Part shown: positions 20,890 to 30,418 of the stretch, in pieces | Layout of the letters: the number at the start of each line of letters is the position of its first letter | Position numbering within the stretch: position 1 is the first letter of the stretch | Assembly: GCA_016838945.1 (NCBI GenBank) | Contig: JADLKP010000001.1 | Coordinates: 1,608 to 65,607, forward strand | Direction: 5' to 3' | DNA length: 64,000 nucleotides | Source of the DNA: Methanobrevibacter sp. | GTDB lineage: Archaea > Methanobacteriota > Methanobacteria > Methanobacteriales > Methanobacteriaceae | Translations under genes and position numbers: made by a program | The notes under the pieces: generated by a model | Told to the model about the DNA's origin: nothing | Seen by the model: the letters and a program-made list of their open reading frames with translations, nothing else | The model's database searches: none

Positions 20890-20944
20890 AATATAACAAT
20901 TGTTATATTATAGTATAGAAAAATATAACAATCGTTATATTTTT
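20890..20944. promoter_or_regulatory. Tandem pair of palindromic operator-like sites ATATAACAAT(T/C)GTTATAT
   Basis: Perfect 20-bp palindrome 20890-20909 and near-perfect 26-bp palindrome 20919-20944; centres 32 bp apart. Confidence 0.6.
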
Positions 20945-21188
20945 CTAAAGAAATTTTAATCATTTCTAAAATTTCTTTTTTTAAAGTTTAGGGACTTTTG
21001 ACTTTATCGTCAATTTTTCTTTGCAAACAAACACGAAAATTTTTATATCGCTCTTAAAACACAAATCATAACACACACATGCAGTTTCTATGATTAAAAT
21101 AATTGATATCTATAATCTCCTTGTACAAAAATAAATCAAATCTCAACCATTTAATTATTTTAATCATATTGACTCCTATTTTTATTAG

Positions 21189-22025
21189 TTATCCTGTTAT
21201 TTCTTTTATTTCTTCAGTTTTCATTCCTTTTTCTTTTAGTTTTCTTTCTATAATTTGTATTTTTCTTTCTGTGTTTTCTTTTTCCATTTTTCTTCCTTTT
21301 TCTTCGTATATTTCCTTTATTTGTCGTACAGTGCTTTCAAGTATTCCACCTTCCATTTTCACCAACCTCTCTATTTCTTCAAATTCCTCTATTGTATCTG
21401 TGTATTTGTTTGCTAAAAACATCAATAGGTTTTTTATCTCATTTATTTTATCCTTATTCACTGTGCTTATCCTTGCCAATTTTAAGCATTCAACTATCAA
21501 TTCCTTAGGCTTTTTATCAGATTCCATAAATGGAATCAACAGGAGATGATCAAGCTCTTCAGTTTCATCATCCATCTTTCCCTCATCAATCAAATTCTTC
21601 AGCCTGTCCAATTTTTCCTCTGCATTAAACTCCTTGAAGGTCTTTAATGGAATGGTATATTTATCGTCATTGTGCCATATCTCACCATATTCATCGTTTT
21701 TCTTCTTTTTAGTGCTGATGATGTAGCTGTTTGTTTTCTTGTCATGCTTTATTCTAAGATAGCTTGCATAATCAAGGGAATTAATTATATCCTTTTTGCT
21801 TACATAAGTTGATTTGAATTCAAGATTCAATGTCTCATCATCCAAATCAAAAACCAGATCCATCATCTTGCTTTCGTTCCTGTAGTTTTGATATTCGGTT
21901 GGGAGTATTCCCCTTATCTCTCCAGGTATATCCAGCAACTTCAACAGGCGGTTCAATCCAGGTATGCTTTGCTTGAAATATTTGTCCTCTATATTGTACT
22001 TATCCTCCCTATTTTCTTCTTTCAT
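21189..22025 (-). CDS. Rpn/YhgA-like PD-(D/E)XK nuclease family protein with internal in-frame start at 21356
   Basis: MMDLVF..NLEFKS motif; C-tail KLKEKGMKTEEIKEITG; internal GAGGT-N8-ATG. Confidence 0.7.
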   Translation of the reverse strand: MKEENREDKYNIEDKYFKQSIPGLNRLLKLLDIPGEIRGILPTEYQNYRNESKMMDLVFDLDDETLNLEFKSTYVSKKDIINSLDYASYLRIKHDKKTNSYIISTKKKKNDEYGEIWHNDDKYTIPLKTFKEFNAEEKLDRLKNLIDEGKMDDETEELDHLLLIPFMESDKKPKELIVECLKLARISTVNKDKINEIKNLLMFLANKYTDTIEEFEEIERLVKMEGGILESTVRQIKEIYEEKGRKMEKENTERKIQIIERKLKEKGMKTEEIKEITG

Positions 22026-22477
22026 AATTGGTTAAATCCTCCATAAATTTATATTTAAATTTATTTTGGATTTAATCCTATTTAAATTCTTTTAATCTGT
22101 ATTTTAACTATAATTTAGTCTTTATATTGTCATTTACGAGATAATTATAATTTTTTAAAATTGATATAGTGCAATAAATTTCGACTTTTCGCTTGATTGA
22201 CAAATCATCATGATCAAATTTCCATTTTTCCCATGCATTGACAAATCATCATCTTCCTTAATTTTTCATTGAAGGATTATTCGATGCTTATACTCTGATT
22301 TTCCTATTATATAAGGTTTTTTTATTAAAACAAGTTGTTTACTATTTAGAATAAATAGTTTACCAATTCTAAATAATTTATAGTAAAAATCAGCAATATT
22401 AAATCATTTTCAAAAAGGGATACAATTATATGTTAGTAAGTTTATAATACTATTAATTTATATAATAAAATGCGGGG

Positions 22478-22744
22478 ATGATTCCAATTAATACCTTGAT
22501 TATTGAAACTGATAAAGAATATGTGTTTAAGACTGTTGAACAAGCTATTGTGGAAATTCCTGATTGGGACTGCGATTATGTGAATGTGGTCCTGTGGGAT
22601 GAGAATACATGCAGCCAGGATGGCTGCAGGTTCACAATAAATGACTGCGGAGAGCTATTGCTTAAGGCGGTCAATGTGGATGAAGTCAAGACAATCGATC
22701 TTGAGGAGTATGAAGGTGAGGACGTTTTGATAGTGCAGATTTAA
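22478..22744 (+). CDS. Small acidic hypothetical protein
   Basis: GCGGGG SD, upstream TATA-like box, coding-like composition; 3' end duplicated at 23888-23933. Confidence 0.6.
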   Translation: MIPINTLIIETDKEYVFKTVEQAIVEIPDWDCDYVNVVLWDENTCSQDGCRFTINDCGELLLKAVNVDEVKTIDLEEYEGEDVLIVQI

Positions 22745-22841
22745 ATAAGTTGTAGCTGACATGATTGGCAATATTGTAAATGTGGATGGCTGATTCAAAT
22801 ATTTTTATGCTTGAATTTAAAAAATTAAAGTAGGTGATAGA

Positions 22842-23327
22842 ATGAAATTCAAATATTTGCTATTAAGCTTAATGATATTAATGATCGCTTCCAGCATTGC
22901 AGCCATTGCAGCTGATGAAGCCATCATAGAAGATTTTAAGTTTACGGTGCCTGACAATTTCACCATTGTAAACAGCACCGAGCATTTTGTCTCTTTGGCA
23001 GTTGATGATGAGCATTCCATCTACTTGTCTGTTCCAGATGATGCAATGACAGCCGACCAGTTCAAGGCAAACCTTGAAAAGGAAGGATACAAATTTGACA
23101 ACGAATCAATGGCAAACTTCACAAGCGGCAATTTCAATATAGATGCAATCAATCTCACCCAAGGAAACTCCAAAGGAGTTCTCTATGTTTGCGATGATGT
23201 TGTAGATGTGGATGAGGATGATGATCTGTTTATTGTTTATCTATATCCGGCCAATGAAGGAAACATTGATCCTTTGAACAATACAGTAACCGACATGATT
23301 GGCAATATTGTAAATGTGGATGACTGA
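22842..23327 (+). CDS. Secreted acidic protein, paralog 1 of array
   Basis: Signal peptide; DFKFTVPDNF motif. Confidence 0.75.
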   Translation: MKFKYLLLSLMILMIASSIAAIAADEAIIEDFKFTVPDNFTIVNSTEHFVSLAVDDEHSIYLSVPDDAMTADQFKANLEKEGYKFDNESMANFTSGNFNIDAINLTQGNSKGVLYVCDDVVDVDEDDDLFIVYLYPANEGNIDPLNNTVTDMIGNIVNVDD

Positions 23328-23458
23328 TTCAACTATTTTTTTATTTTTTTTAACTTTTTTTATGTATGCTTTTTAATAGGTTCATGTCAATATCACTTTC
23401 GTTTTTTTATTTTTTATTTTTGGGCTAATATTGGTTTATTTCGTAATTCTTATTTTTT

Positions 23459-23550
23459 GGTCAATATTATAATTAAACTGTGAAATTATATTGATATGGT
23501 TAAAAATAAGTAAAATTAGGAGAGAAATTTATGTATAGTTTTGTATGGTA
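23459..23550. repeat. Copy of a dispersed intergenic element (core AAAATTAG.GGAGAAATTTAT.TATAGTTTT.TAT.GTA)
   Basis: Matches 29993-30078, 31864-31925 and 32367-32463. Confidence 0.75.
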
Positions 23551-23887
23551 TGCTTTCGTGGGATGTGATTTAAAAAAAATTATAAAGTGGGTTCATGGCA
23601 GCTTGTCCTTTAAATAATGAGATTATTATTGTCTCTATGTACTAAGAATTTAATGCATGCTAAAATTTTATTATGTTTTATATGTACTAATGATTTAGTA
23701 CATGCTATAAAGTTAGTATATTTGATCAATGACTTTTTTATATTAGTGGTGAAAAATTTTTGCATTGTTTTTTTCATATGATTAGAGTCAGCTCTAAATT
23801 CCCCTTAAGGAGATTTAAGTACAAGTCAGAGAATTGCACTTATCTATATCTTTGAGGGCAGTGATCAATTTTAAGATATGATTTAGA

Positions 23888-23933
23888 GCTTGAGGAGTAT
23901 GCAGGTGAGAATGTATTGATAGTGCAGATTTAA
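23888..23933 (+). pseudogene. 3' remnant of a paralog of 22478..22744
   Basis: LEEYAGENVLIVQI* versus LEEYEGEDVLIVQI*. Confidence 0.75.
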
Positions 23934-23969
23934 ATAAAAGGTCTTAAATAGTATTTATTAGGTGATGCT

Positions 23970-24419
23970 ATGAGATTTAAATATATTTTTTTAGGGGTTC
24001 TGGTTCTGATTTTGGCAGCTGGCGTTGCAGCTGCTGATGACTATGAATCAGTGGGGGACTATACCTTTGACATTCCGGATGGATATCAAGTTGCAGACAA
24101 GGATGACGTTTCAGTTGGAATGGAATTGGATGAAAATCATACGGTTCTTGTTTATCAGCTTGATTCAGATAGGGATATTAGCTTATTCAAGACAATGCTT
24201 GAAACTGCTGGATGCCAGTTCAGTGATGAACAGGACTTGAAAGTAGGCAATTTCAATGTAAGTCAATCCACTTACAAACTTGAAGAGGCTCAAGGATATT
24301 TCTATATTTGCAGTGATGGTGGAAAACATATTGTAGTTGCTGATGGAATGCCTGCAAGTGAAGAACTTCCTGCAGCAGATGATAATCCTACTTATGAAGT
24401 TGTTAGTTCTTTAGAATAA
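23970..24419 (+). CDS. Secreted acidic protein, paralog 2 of array
   Basis: Signal peptide MRFKYIFLGVLVL; DYTFDIPDGY motif. Confidence 0.75.
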   Translation: MRFKYIFLGVLVLILAAGVAAADDYESVGDYTFDIPDGYQVADKDDVSVGMELDENHTVLVYQLDSDRDISLFKTMLETAGCQFSDEQDLKVGNFNVSQSTYKLEEAQGYFYICSDGGKHIVVADGMPASEELPAADDNPTYEVVSSLE

Positions 24420-24475
24420 TACAAGCTTTTTGAATAAGTATTATTACTTATTCTCTTTTTTATTTTTTTGTTATT

Positions 24476-24919
24476 ATGAATAAAAAACTTTTAATTATCA
24501 TTGGATTGATATTAATCTTATTTTATAGTATCTTAACTATTTCGGCTGCTAATTATAGCAATCCAGATTATAATTTGAATATTCCAGATGGTTACCATAG
24601 AGTTAATCAATCTGATAACTTTGTTCTGCTTCAGAGTGATAAATATCATAGCATTTCCATTTCCACTTTAGATGGCAGTACAGATAAGGATCTTTTGAAG
24701 TACCTGCTTGAAAGGTCAATGTATGATTTTACTTATTCTACCAATTACACTAAGGGAAGCTATGATGTAGAGGAGAACTATTATAATCAGGAGTATCAAA
24801 GTGGTATTCTGTATTTATGTGATAATGGTCAGGAGATGATTGTTATAGATTATAATGGTCCTTTAGGTGAAGATTTAGAGGATAGTCCTGTTGGTGTAAT
24901 TTTAGATGTTTTAGATTAA
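24476..24919 (+). CDS. Secreted protein, paralog 3 of array
   Basis: Signal peptide; DYNLNIPDGY motif. Confidence 0.75.
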   Translation: MNKKLLIIIGLILILFYSILTISAANYSNPDYNLNIPDGYHRVNQSDNFVLLQSDKYHSISISTLDGSTDKDLLKYLLERSMYDFTYSTNYTKGSYDVEENYYNQEYQSGILYLCDNGQEMIVIDYNGPLGEDLEDSPVGVILDVLD

Positions 24920-25303
24920 TTTTATTATTTGGTTTTCTGTCAGGTTGGTTGCAGTAGCTATTTCCTTTATGGAAAATTCTTCATCAAGCATTTCATATGC
25001 GCGTTTAAATTGATTTTTCATATATTCCACTTCTTCATCATATTTTTGTTCTATTTCATAATCCAATTCATATATTTCTCTTTTAAGATTAATCATTTCA
25101 ATATATTTCTTTCTTTTTAAATCCATCAGTTTAGCTACTTCATAATCAATCCCTGTTCTAGATGTTACTTTTCGTGGGGGGTGAAAGTCTATATCAAATT
25201 CTGCATTTGAGTATTTATTATGAATTTCTCCTTCTTCATTAAATAATATTGATTCTAATGATTTTTTTTTAGTTTCATTTCCTTCTTCACACATTTTAAT
25301 CAC
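24911..25303 (-). CDS. Hypothetical protein ending in an Rpn-like C-terminal tail
   Basis: AYEMLDEEFSIKEIATATNLTENQIIKL resembles the Rpn tails in this window; ATG at 25294 after AGTGAT is the likelier start. Confidence 0.6.
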   Translation of the reverse strand: MIKMCEEGNETKKKSLESILFNEEGEIHNKYSNAEFDIDFHPPRKVTSRTGIDYEVAKLMDLKRKKYIEMINLKREIYELDYEIEQKYDEEVEYMKNQFKRAYEMLDEEFSIKEIATATNLTENQIIKLI

Positions 25304-25532
25304 TTATGATATTTTTTATTATTAAAGGATGTAATTAGTTTATTTTGTGTTTATCTTATTATTTAAGTGTTATTTATTTAAATTATGTGTTTACTATTTG
25401 TATTTGATAGTTTAAGTATTTTTTAGTTTTTTTATTGATTTTTAAGCATGGTAAACTATTTTTTATAATTTTACAAAATTTTATATTAAATTAATTTTAT
25501 AATATAACTATAAATGTAATTGAGGTTATTTA

Positions 25533-25922
25533 ATGAAAGAGCTTTATGTAGTTGCTGCCATCATAAAAAAAGATAATAAAATTTTAGCTACCCAAAGAGG
25601 ATATGGGGAATTTGAAGGTCTTTGGGAATTTCCAGGCGGCAAGATAGAAGAGGGGGAAACTAAGGAAGAAGCTTTAATTCGTGAAATTAAGGAAGAATTG
25701 AATGCAGACATCATTGTTGAAAAATTTGCCCTAGATTTGGAATGGCAATATCCTAATTTTTACCTTTATATGTCTTGTTTTGAATGCATTTTAAAAAGTG
25801 ATATAGAGCTATTGGAACACATGGGAGCTCGATGGCTCTCTTTAGATGAACTTGATTCAGTTGAATGGATTGAAGCTGACATCAAGGCCGTAAATTATAT
25901 TAAGGAATCTTTAAGTTTCTAA
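25533..25922 (+). CDS. Nudix hydrolase (MutT/NudG-like dNTP pyrophosphohydrolase)
   Basis: Nudix box GGKIEEGETKEEALIREIKEEL. Confidence 0.92.
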   Translation: MKELYVVAAIIKKDNKILATQRGYGEFEGLWEFPGGKIEEGETKEEALIREIKEELNADIIVEKFALDLEWQYPNFYLYMSCFECILKSDIELLEHMGARWLSLDELDSVEWIEADIKAVNYIKESLSF

Positions 25923-25936
25923 TTTTTGGTGTTTAA

Positions 25937-28900
25937 ATGACTAAAGAGCTAAATAAAATTATATTGGAAGGTGCAGAGACTGCCTTTATTGATGAAAATT
26001 TTGAATCTTCCAACGAGTATAGGCCAAGATTACTTGTTAACAACAATGGCCATAAGGTCTTGAATTCAATTAAGGATGAATTAAAGGATTGTGAAGAGTT
26101 CTTCATCAGCGTTGCATTTATCACTAAAGGGGGACTTACTCCACTATTACAAGATTTGAAGGAACTTGAAAAAAGAGGTATTAAAGGGAAAATAATTACT
26201 ACCGACTATTTATATTTTACCGAACCTGAAGCTTTAAGAAAGCTCAATGATTTAAGCAATATTGAAATAAAAATGTATGAAACCGATGAGACTGACGGTT
26301 TCCATACCAAAGGTTATATTTTTAAAAACAATGGAATTTATAAGGCCATTATAGGCAGTTCCAATCTTACTTTAAATGCTTTGACAATCAATAAGGAATG
26401 GAATATTGGATTTTCATCCCTTTATGATGGGGAAATTCTAAAAAGTCTAATCGATGAATTCAATGATTTATGGGGAAAGTCTTCAAACATTGATGATATC
26501 CTGGTTGAATATGAGAATATTTATAATCATAAAAAGAATTTCAGAGATTTCAATAGAGATTATAAGGAAACAAAAGAGGAAACAGAAGTAGATCTTGTAC
26601 CAAATTCTATGCAAAGAGACTTTTTGGATAATCTAAGAACACTTGTTTTAAATGGAGAAGATAGGGCACTTCTTGTATCAGCTACTGGTACAGGAAAAAC
26701 ATATGCAGCTGCATTTGCAGTTAAGGATTTTGCTCCAAAGAAATTCTTATTTATTGTTCACAGGGAACAGATTTTAAAACAGGCAATTAAGTCATTTAAA
26801 AGAGTATTTAATGGTGAAGATAATAAATTCGGCCTTCTTTCAGGAAATTCAAAGGAATATGATAAGGATTATTTGTTTTCAACTGTACAGACCATGTCTA
26901 AAGAGGATGTCTATACAAAATTTGATATGGATGAATTTGATTTCATTGTCATAGATGAAGTTCATAAGGCAGGAGCTTTAAGTTATAAAAAGCTTTTAAG
27001 CTATTTCAAACCTAAATTCTGGCTTGGAATGACTGCTTCACCTGACAGAACCGATGGTGAAAACATCTATGAATTGTTTGACTATAATGTACCTCTTGAC
27101 ATCAGACTTCAGGATGCTTTGGAAGAGGACTTGTTGTGTCCTTTCCATTACTTTGGAATAAGTGATTTGACAGTTGATGGTGAAGTCTTGGATGATGAAA
27201 GCGATTTCAGATATTTGGTATCAGATGAACGTGTAAAATATTTGCTTGAAAAATCCGAATATTATGGCCATACTGGAGAAAGATGCAAAGCTCTTGTATT
27301 CTGCAGCACTAAAAGAGAAGCAAGAGAATTGGCTGAAGCATTTACACAAAGAGGCCACCCTTCACAGTTTTTAAGTGGTGATGATTCCCAAGAAAAACGT
27401 GAAGAAGCTATTTACAGATTAACAAATGATGATGCAGGAGATCCTATAGAATACATTTTCACCGTAGATATCTTCAATGAAGGAGTAGACATTCCAGAAG
27501 TCAATCAGGTCCTCTTGGTCAGGCCAACCCAATCTTCAATCATTTTCATTCAGCAATTAGGAAGAGGATTGCGCAAATTCAAAAACAAGGAATACGTTGT
27601 CATCATTGACTTTATTGGTAATTACAAGAACAATTTCCTGATTCCTATTGCCTTATCAGGTGACAGAACCTATGATAAGGATAATATTCGCAGATATTTG
27701 ATGGAAGGATCAAAGGTAATTCCAGGTCAATCTTCAATCAGTTTTGATGAAATATCCAAAAAGAGAATCTATAAAGCTATTGACAATACAACCTTTTCTA
27801 GAATTGCATTGTTCAAGGAAAAATATCAAAATCTTAAATTCAGACTTGGTAGAATCCCATACCTTTGTGATTTCTATGAAAATGGAGAATTCAATCCGGA
27901 ATTAATTTTAAATCATAGTCAATATGATTCCTACCATAATTTCTTAAATAAAATTGATGACAGCTATGAAGAATCAATCGATGATGTAGACAATCTTTCG
28001 TTAAAATTCATCTCATCCAAAATCATTAAGGGAATAAGGCCACATGAGGCGGTTATTTTAAGATATTTAAGATATAATAAGTATTTCACCATTCAAGCTA
28101 TTGAAAACTTTTTGCATGAAGAATATGGACTTGAAAATCAATTTGAATCCATTAAAGGAGCTATTAATTTATTAAGCTTGAATTTCTATAAGAAGGAAAG
28201 CACTCAAAATAGAGACAGCCAAACCACTTTGATTGAAACCAAGGACAAAGTAAGTTTTGAGGATTACCAAGCAAACACTGTATCTAGTGCTATTGGAAAA
28301 ATAGACGGTTTTGATTATGAAAACATTTTCTTTAATTTAGATATTAGTTTAGATAGTTTAGAAAACAATAAAGATCATAAATTTGTTATTTCTGATTACT
28401 TTAGAAAGGCCCTAACCAATAGTACTTACTTAAAACACTTTGAAGACGCTATAGAGTATACTCTACTCAAATATGATTCTGTCTATAGAGTCGAAGATGA
28501 TGAATTTAAGAGATATGCTAAATATTCAAGAGAAGATGTTTTAAAACTCTTGAATTGGAAATTCTTTATGAACGGCCAGAATATTGGTGGATATAAGATA
28601 AAATATAATACCTGCCCTATTTTTGTAACCTATGATAAAAAAGAGGATATTTCTGAAACAATTAATTATGAAGATGAATTCGATTCAAGAGACATATTCA
28701 GTTGGATGAGTAGGAATAATCGTAGGGTAGAAAGTAATGAGCTTAAACCGCTTGTCAATTACACTGATTTGGATGTACGCTTATTCATTAAAAAGAGTGA
28801 TGATGAGGGGCTTGACTTTTATTATATTGGAAAATTAAGTCCTTTGGGAGAACCTATACAGCTTTATAGAACTATTGATGGCAGGGAAAATCCTATTGTT

Positions 28901-28978
28901 AACTTTAAGTTTAAAATAGATCATACAGTTGATGAGAATCTATATAATTATTTCATGGATAAACTGGATGAGGAATAG
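25937..28978 (+). CDS. PLD nuclease-SF2 helicase-DUF3427 protein (SauUSI-like type IV restriction enzyme)
   Basis: HTKGY..GSSNLT (HKD-type), SATGTGKT, DEVH, GMTASP and QQLGRGLR motifs; C-terminal NGQNIGGYK/FSWMSR region. Confidence 0.85.
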   Translation: MTKELNKIILEGAETAFIDENFESSNEYRPRLLVNNNGHKVLNSIKDELKDCEEFFISVAFITKGGLTPLLQDLKELEKRGIKGKIITTDYLYFTEPEALRKLNDLSNIEIKMYETDETDGFHTKGYIFKNNGIYKAIIGSSNLTLNALTINKEWNIGFSSLYDGEILKSLIDEFNDLWGKSSNIDDILVEYENIYNHKKNFRDFNRDYKETKEETEVDLVPNSMQRDFLDNLRTLVLNGEDRALLVSATGTGKTYAAAFAVKDFAPKKFLFIVHREQILKQAIKSFKRVFNGEDNKFGLLSGNSKEYDKDYLFSTVQTMSKEDVYTKFDMDEFDFIVIDEVHKAGALSYKKLLSYFKPKFWLGMTASPDRTDGENIYELFDYNVPLDIRLQDALEEDLLCPFHYFGISDLTVDGEVLDDESDFRYLVSDERVKYLLEKSEYYGHTGERCKALVFCSTKREARELAEAFTQRGHPSQFLSGDDSQEKREEAIYRLTNDDAGDPIEYIFTVDIFNEGVDIPEVNQVLLVRPTQSSIIFIQQLGRGLRKFKNKEYVVIIDFIGNYKNNFLIPIALSGDRTYDKDNIRRYLMEGSKVIPGQSSISFDEISKKRIYKAIDNTTFSRIALFKEKYQNLKFRLGRIPYLCDFYENGEFNPELILNHSQYDSYHNFLNKIDDSYEESIDDVDNLSLKFISSKIIKGIRPHEAVILRYLRYNKYFTIQAIENFLHEEYGLENQFESIKGAINLLSLNFYKKESTQNRDSQTTLIETKDKVSFEDYQANTVSSAIGKIDGFDYENIFFNLDISLDSLENNKDHKFVISDYFRKALTNSTYLKHFEDAIEYTLLKYDSVYRVEDDEFKRYAKYSREDVLKLLNWKFFMNGQNIGGYKIKYNTCPIFVTYDKKEDISETINYEDEFDSRDIFSWMSRNNRRVESNELKPLVNYTDLDVRLFIKKSDDEGLDFYYIGKLSPLGEPIQLYRTIDGRENPIVNFKFKIDHTVDENLYNYFMDKLDEE

Positions 28979-29130
28979 AATAATTTTAATTAAATATGTA
29001 ATCAATTAAAATTACAAATAGTATATCAACTGTTAATTAAAAAGAGGCTACATTTTATTTACTTAAACCTAAATTAAAAATAATTTGTTTTAATCTAGAA
29101 CATGTATATAAAAAATTTATTTTTACTAAA

Positions 29131-29207
29131 AACTTCCTTTTTCTACCAATCACTCTACCAAAGTGATTGTTCTCCCTAATCAAATCTCCATCAATATAAT
29201 ACTTTTG
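29131..29207 (-). pseudogene. 3' remnant paralogous to the 41430..42041 protein
   Basis: QKYYIDGDLIRENNHFGRVIGRKRK versus PKYYIDGDLIKESNQFGKVVGRRRK. Confidence 0.8.
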
Positions 29208-29438
29208 CCTTACATGCATTTCATTCACTAAAAAGTTTCATTGTGCAGTGACTTTTTGTGCTTCAATCATTCCTTCAATTATTACTTTTTTATAGCCAAT
29301 AATATTTAAAATTAGTTATTTTTAGTAATAAGGATTAAATTTTCCTTATAATATTGATTCAAGATTGTAAAATTGCTTTTATTTCGTAATTCTAAAAATA
29401 AGAAACTTTTATATATCATAAAATTAATAATATCAATT

Positions 29439-29535
29439 GCATCAATTTGATGTCTACGGTCATTATGACCAATATTGTCTTTGGATAGGGATGTGTCAAA
29501 ATTTGCATTTGCAAATTTATCCTTATTCCTTTTTT
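29439..29535 (+). ncRNA. Candidate small RNA
   Basis: BRE/TATA AGAAACTTTTATATA at 29401-29415, several inverted repeats, long stem 29483-29529, then T6. Confidence 0.4.
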
Positions 29536-29737
29536 AAAGTGCTGTTTTTTTCTTGTTTTTTATAAGTTCATTGCTTCAGAATATTAAAGTGCATTTATAC
29601 ATCGATTTCAATATTTTTTAAACAATAAAAAGGGTATTCACCTCAAAATAGAATGGAAGTTGATAATATTGTTGAAGTGTATTTAAAAGTTTGATTTTTA
29701 AAAACAGTTATAATATTTTTTAAAAAAAATAGTTTTT

Positions 29738-29926
29738 TCAATTCATTTCAAGCTGATTGAATATTTTTTCCATATGAGCAATTGCATCGGAGACTTCCTT
29801 TTGACTTATGTCTAAAGAAAGGCCATAATCTGCTTTTTTTCTAAGTGCAGTAAATCTTTTCAGTTCTTCTGTGTAGATCTTTTTGGGTTCTTCCATTTCA
29901 ATTTTAAATTCATCTATTTTTCTCAT
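29738..29926 (-). pseudogene. Shortened paralog of 32013..32297
   Basis: MRKIDEFKIEMEEPKKIYTEELKRFT versus MQKIDRFRMRMETQKEMYTEELKKFT; near-identical promoter. Confidence 0.65.
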
Positions 29927-29930
29927 GCTT

Positions 29931-30078
29931 CCTCCATTTGTTTTTAAAAATACTTTGTATATGGTATTATATAAAGCTTATCTAAAATTTAAGGTCAATA
30001 TTCTTGCTATACTGTAAAATTAAAGTTATATGGTAAAATTAGGGGAGAAAATTTATGTATAGTTTTATATGGTAAACT
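29931..30078. repeat. ~150-bp direct repeat, copy 1 (copy 2 at 32306-32463)
   Basis: Near-identical stretch TACTTTGTATATGGTATTATATAAAGCTTATCTAAAATTTAAGGTCAATATTCTTG. Confidence 0.9.
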
Positions 30079-30418
30079 TGTTTACAAAATTAAAAATTAG
30101 TGGTGATTTTTATCTCTTTTTTTACCGACCAAACTTTTTAAGAAAGCTTGACTCAAATTCATCATTTTCCACCTTCATAAACATCAATCCTATCCAAATT
30201 TTTCAGCTATTTTTTCATTGAAAAACTCACATATTTTAATTGAATTTCATTAGCTTTTTTTCTTTTTGCAAAATTATTATAATTTTATAATCAAATTAAA
30301 ATATTGTATGAACTTCAAATATTAAAATAAGACTGTAAAATTCTAATTAGATTAAACTGACTAATTTAAATACTAGTTTTTACAAATTAAGATTACTTAC
30401 AAATTTAGAGGAGGTGAT

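Noticed and set aside
21066-21167. 33-codon minus-strand ORF with AGGAG SD after Rpn gene 2
   Set aside because: No similarity to the Rpn cassettes or any family; too short to support
21103-21549. 148-aa hydrophobic ORF resembling a membrane protein
   Set aside because: Reverse complement of the Lys/Glu-rich Rpn tail; no SD
19865-22025. Rpn-like genes as IS transposases
   Set aside because: No terminal inverted repeats or target duplications seen; the family's transposase label is not supported by activity
22196-22252. 16-bp direct repeat ATTGACAAATCATCAT x2
   Set aside because: Only two copies, no supporting context
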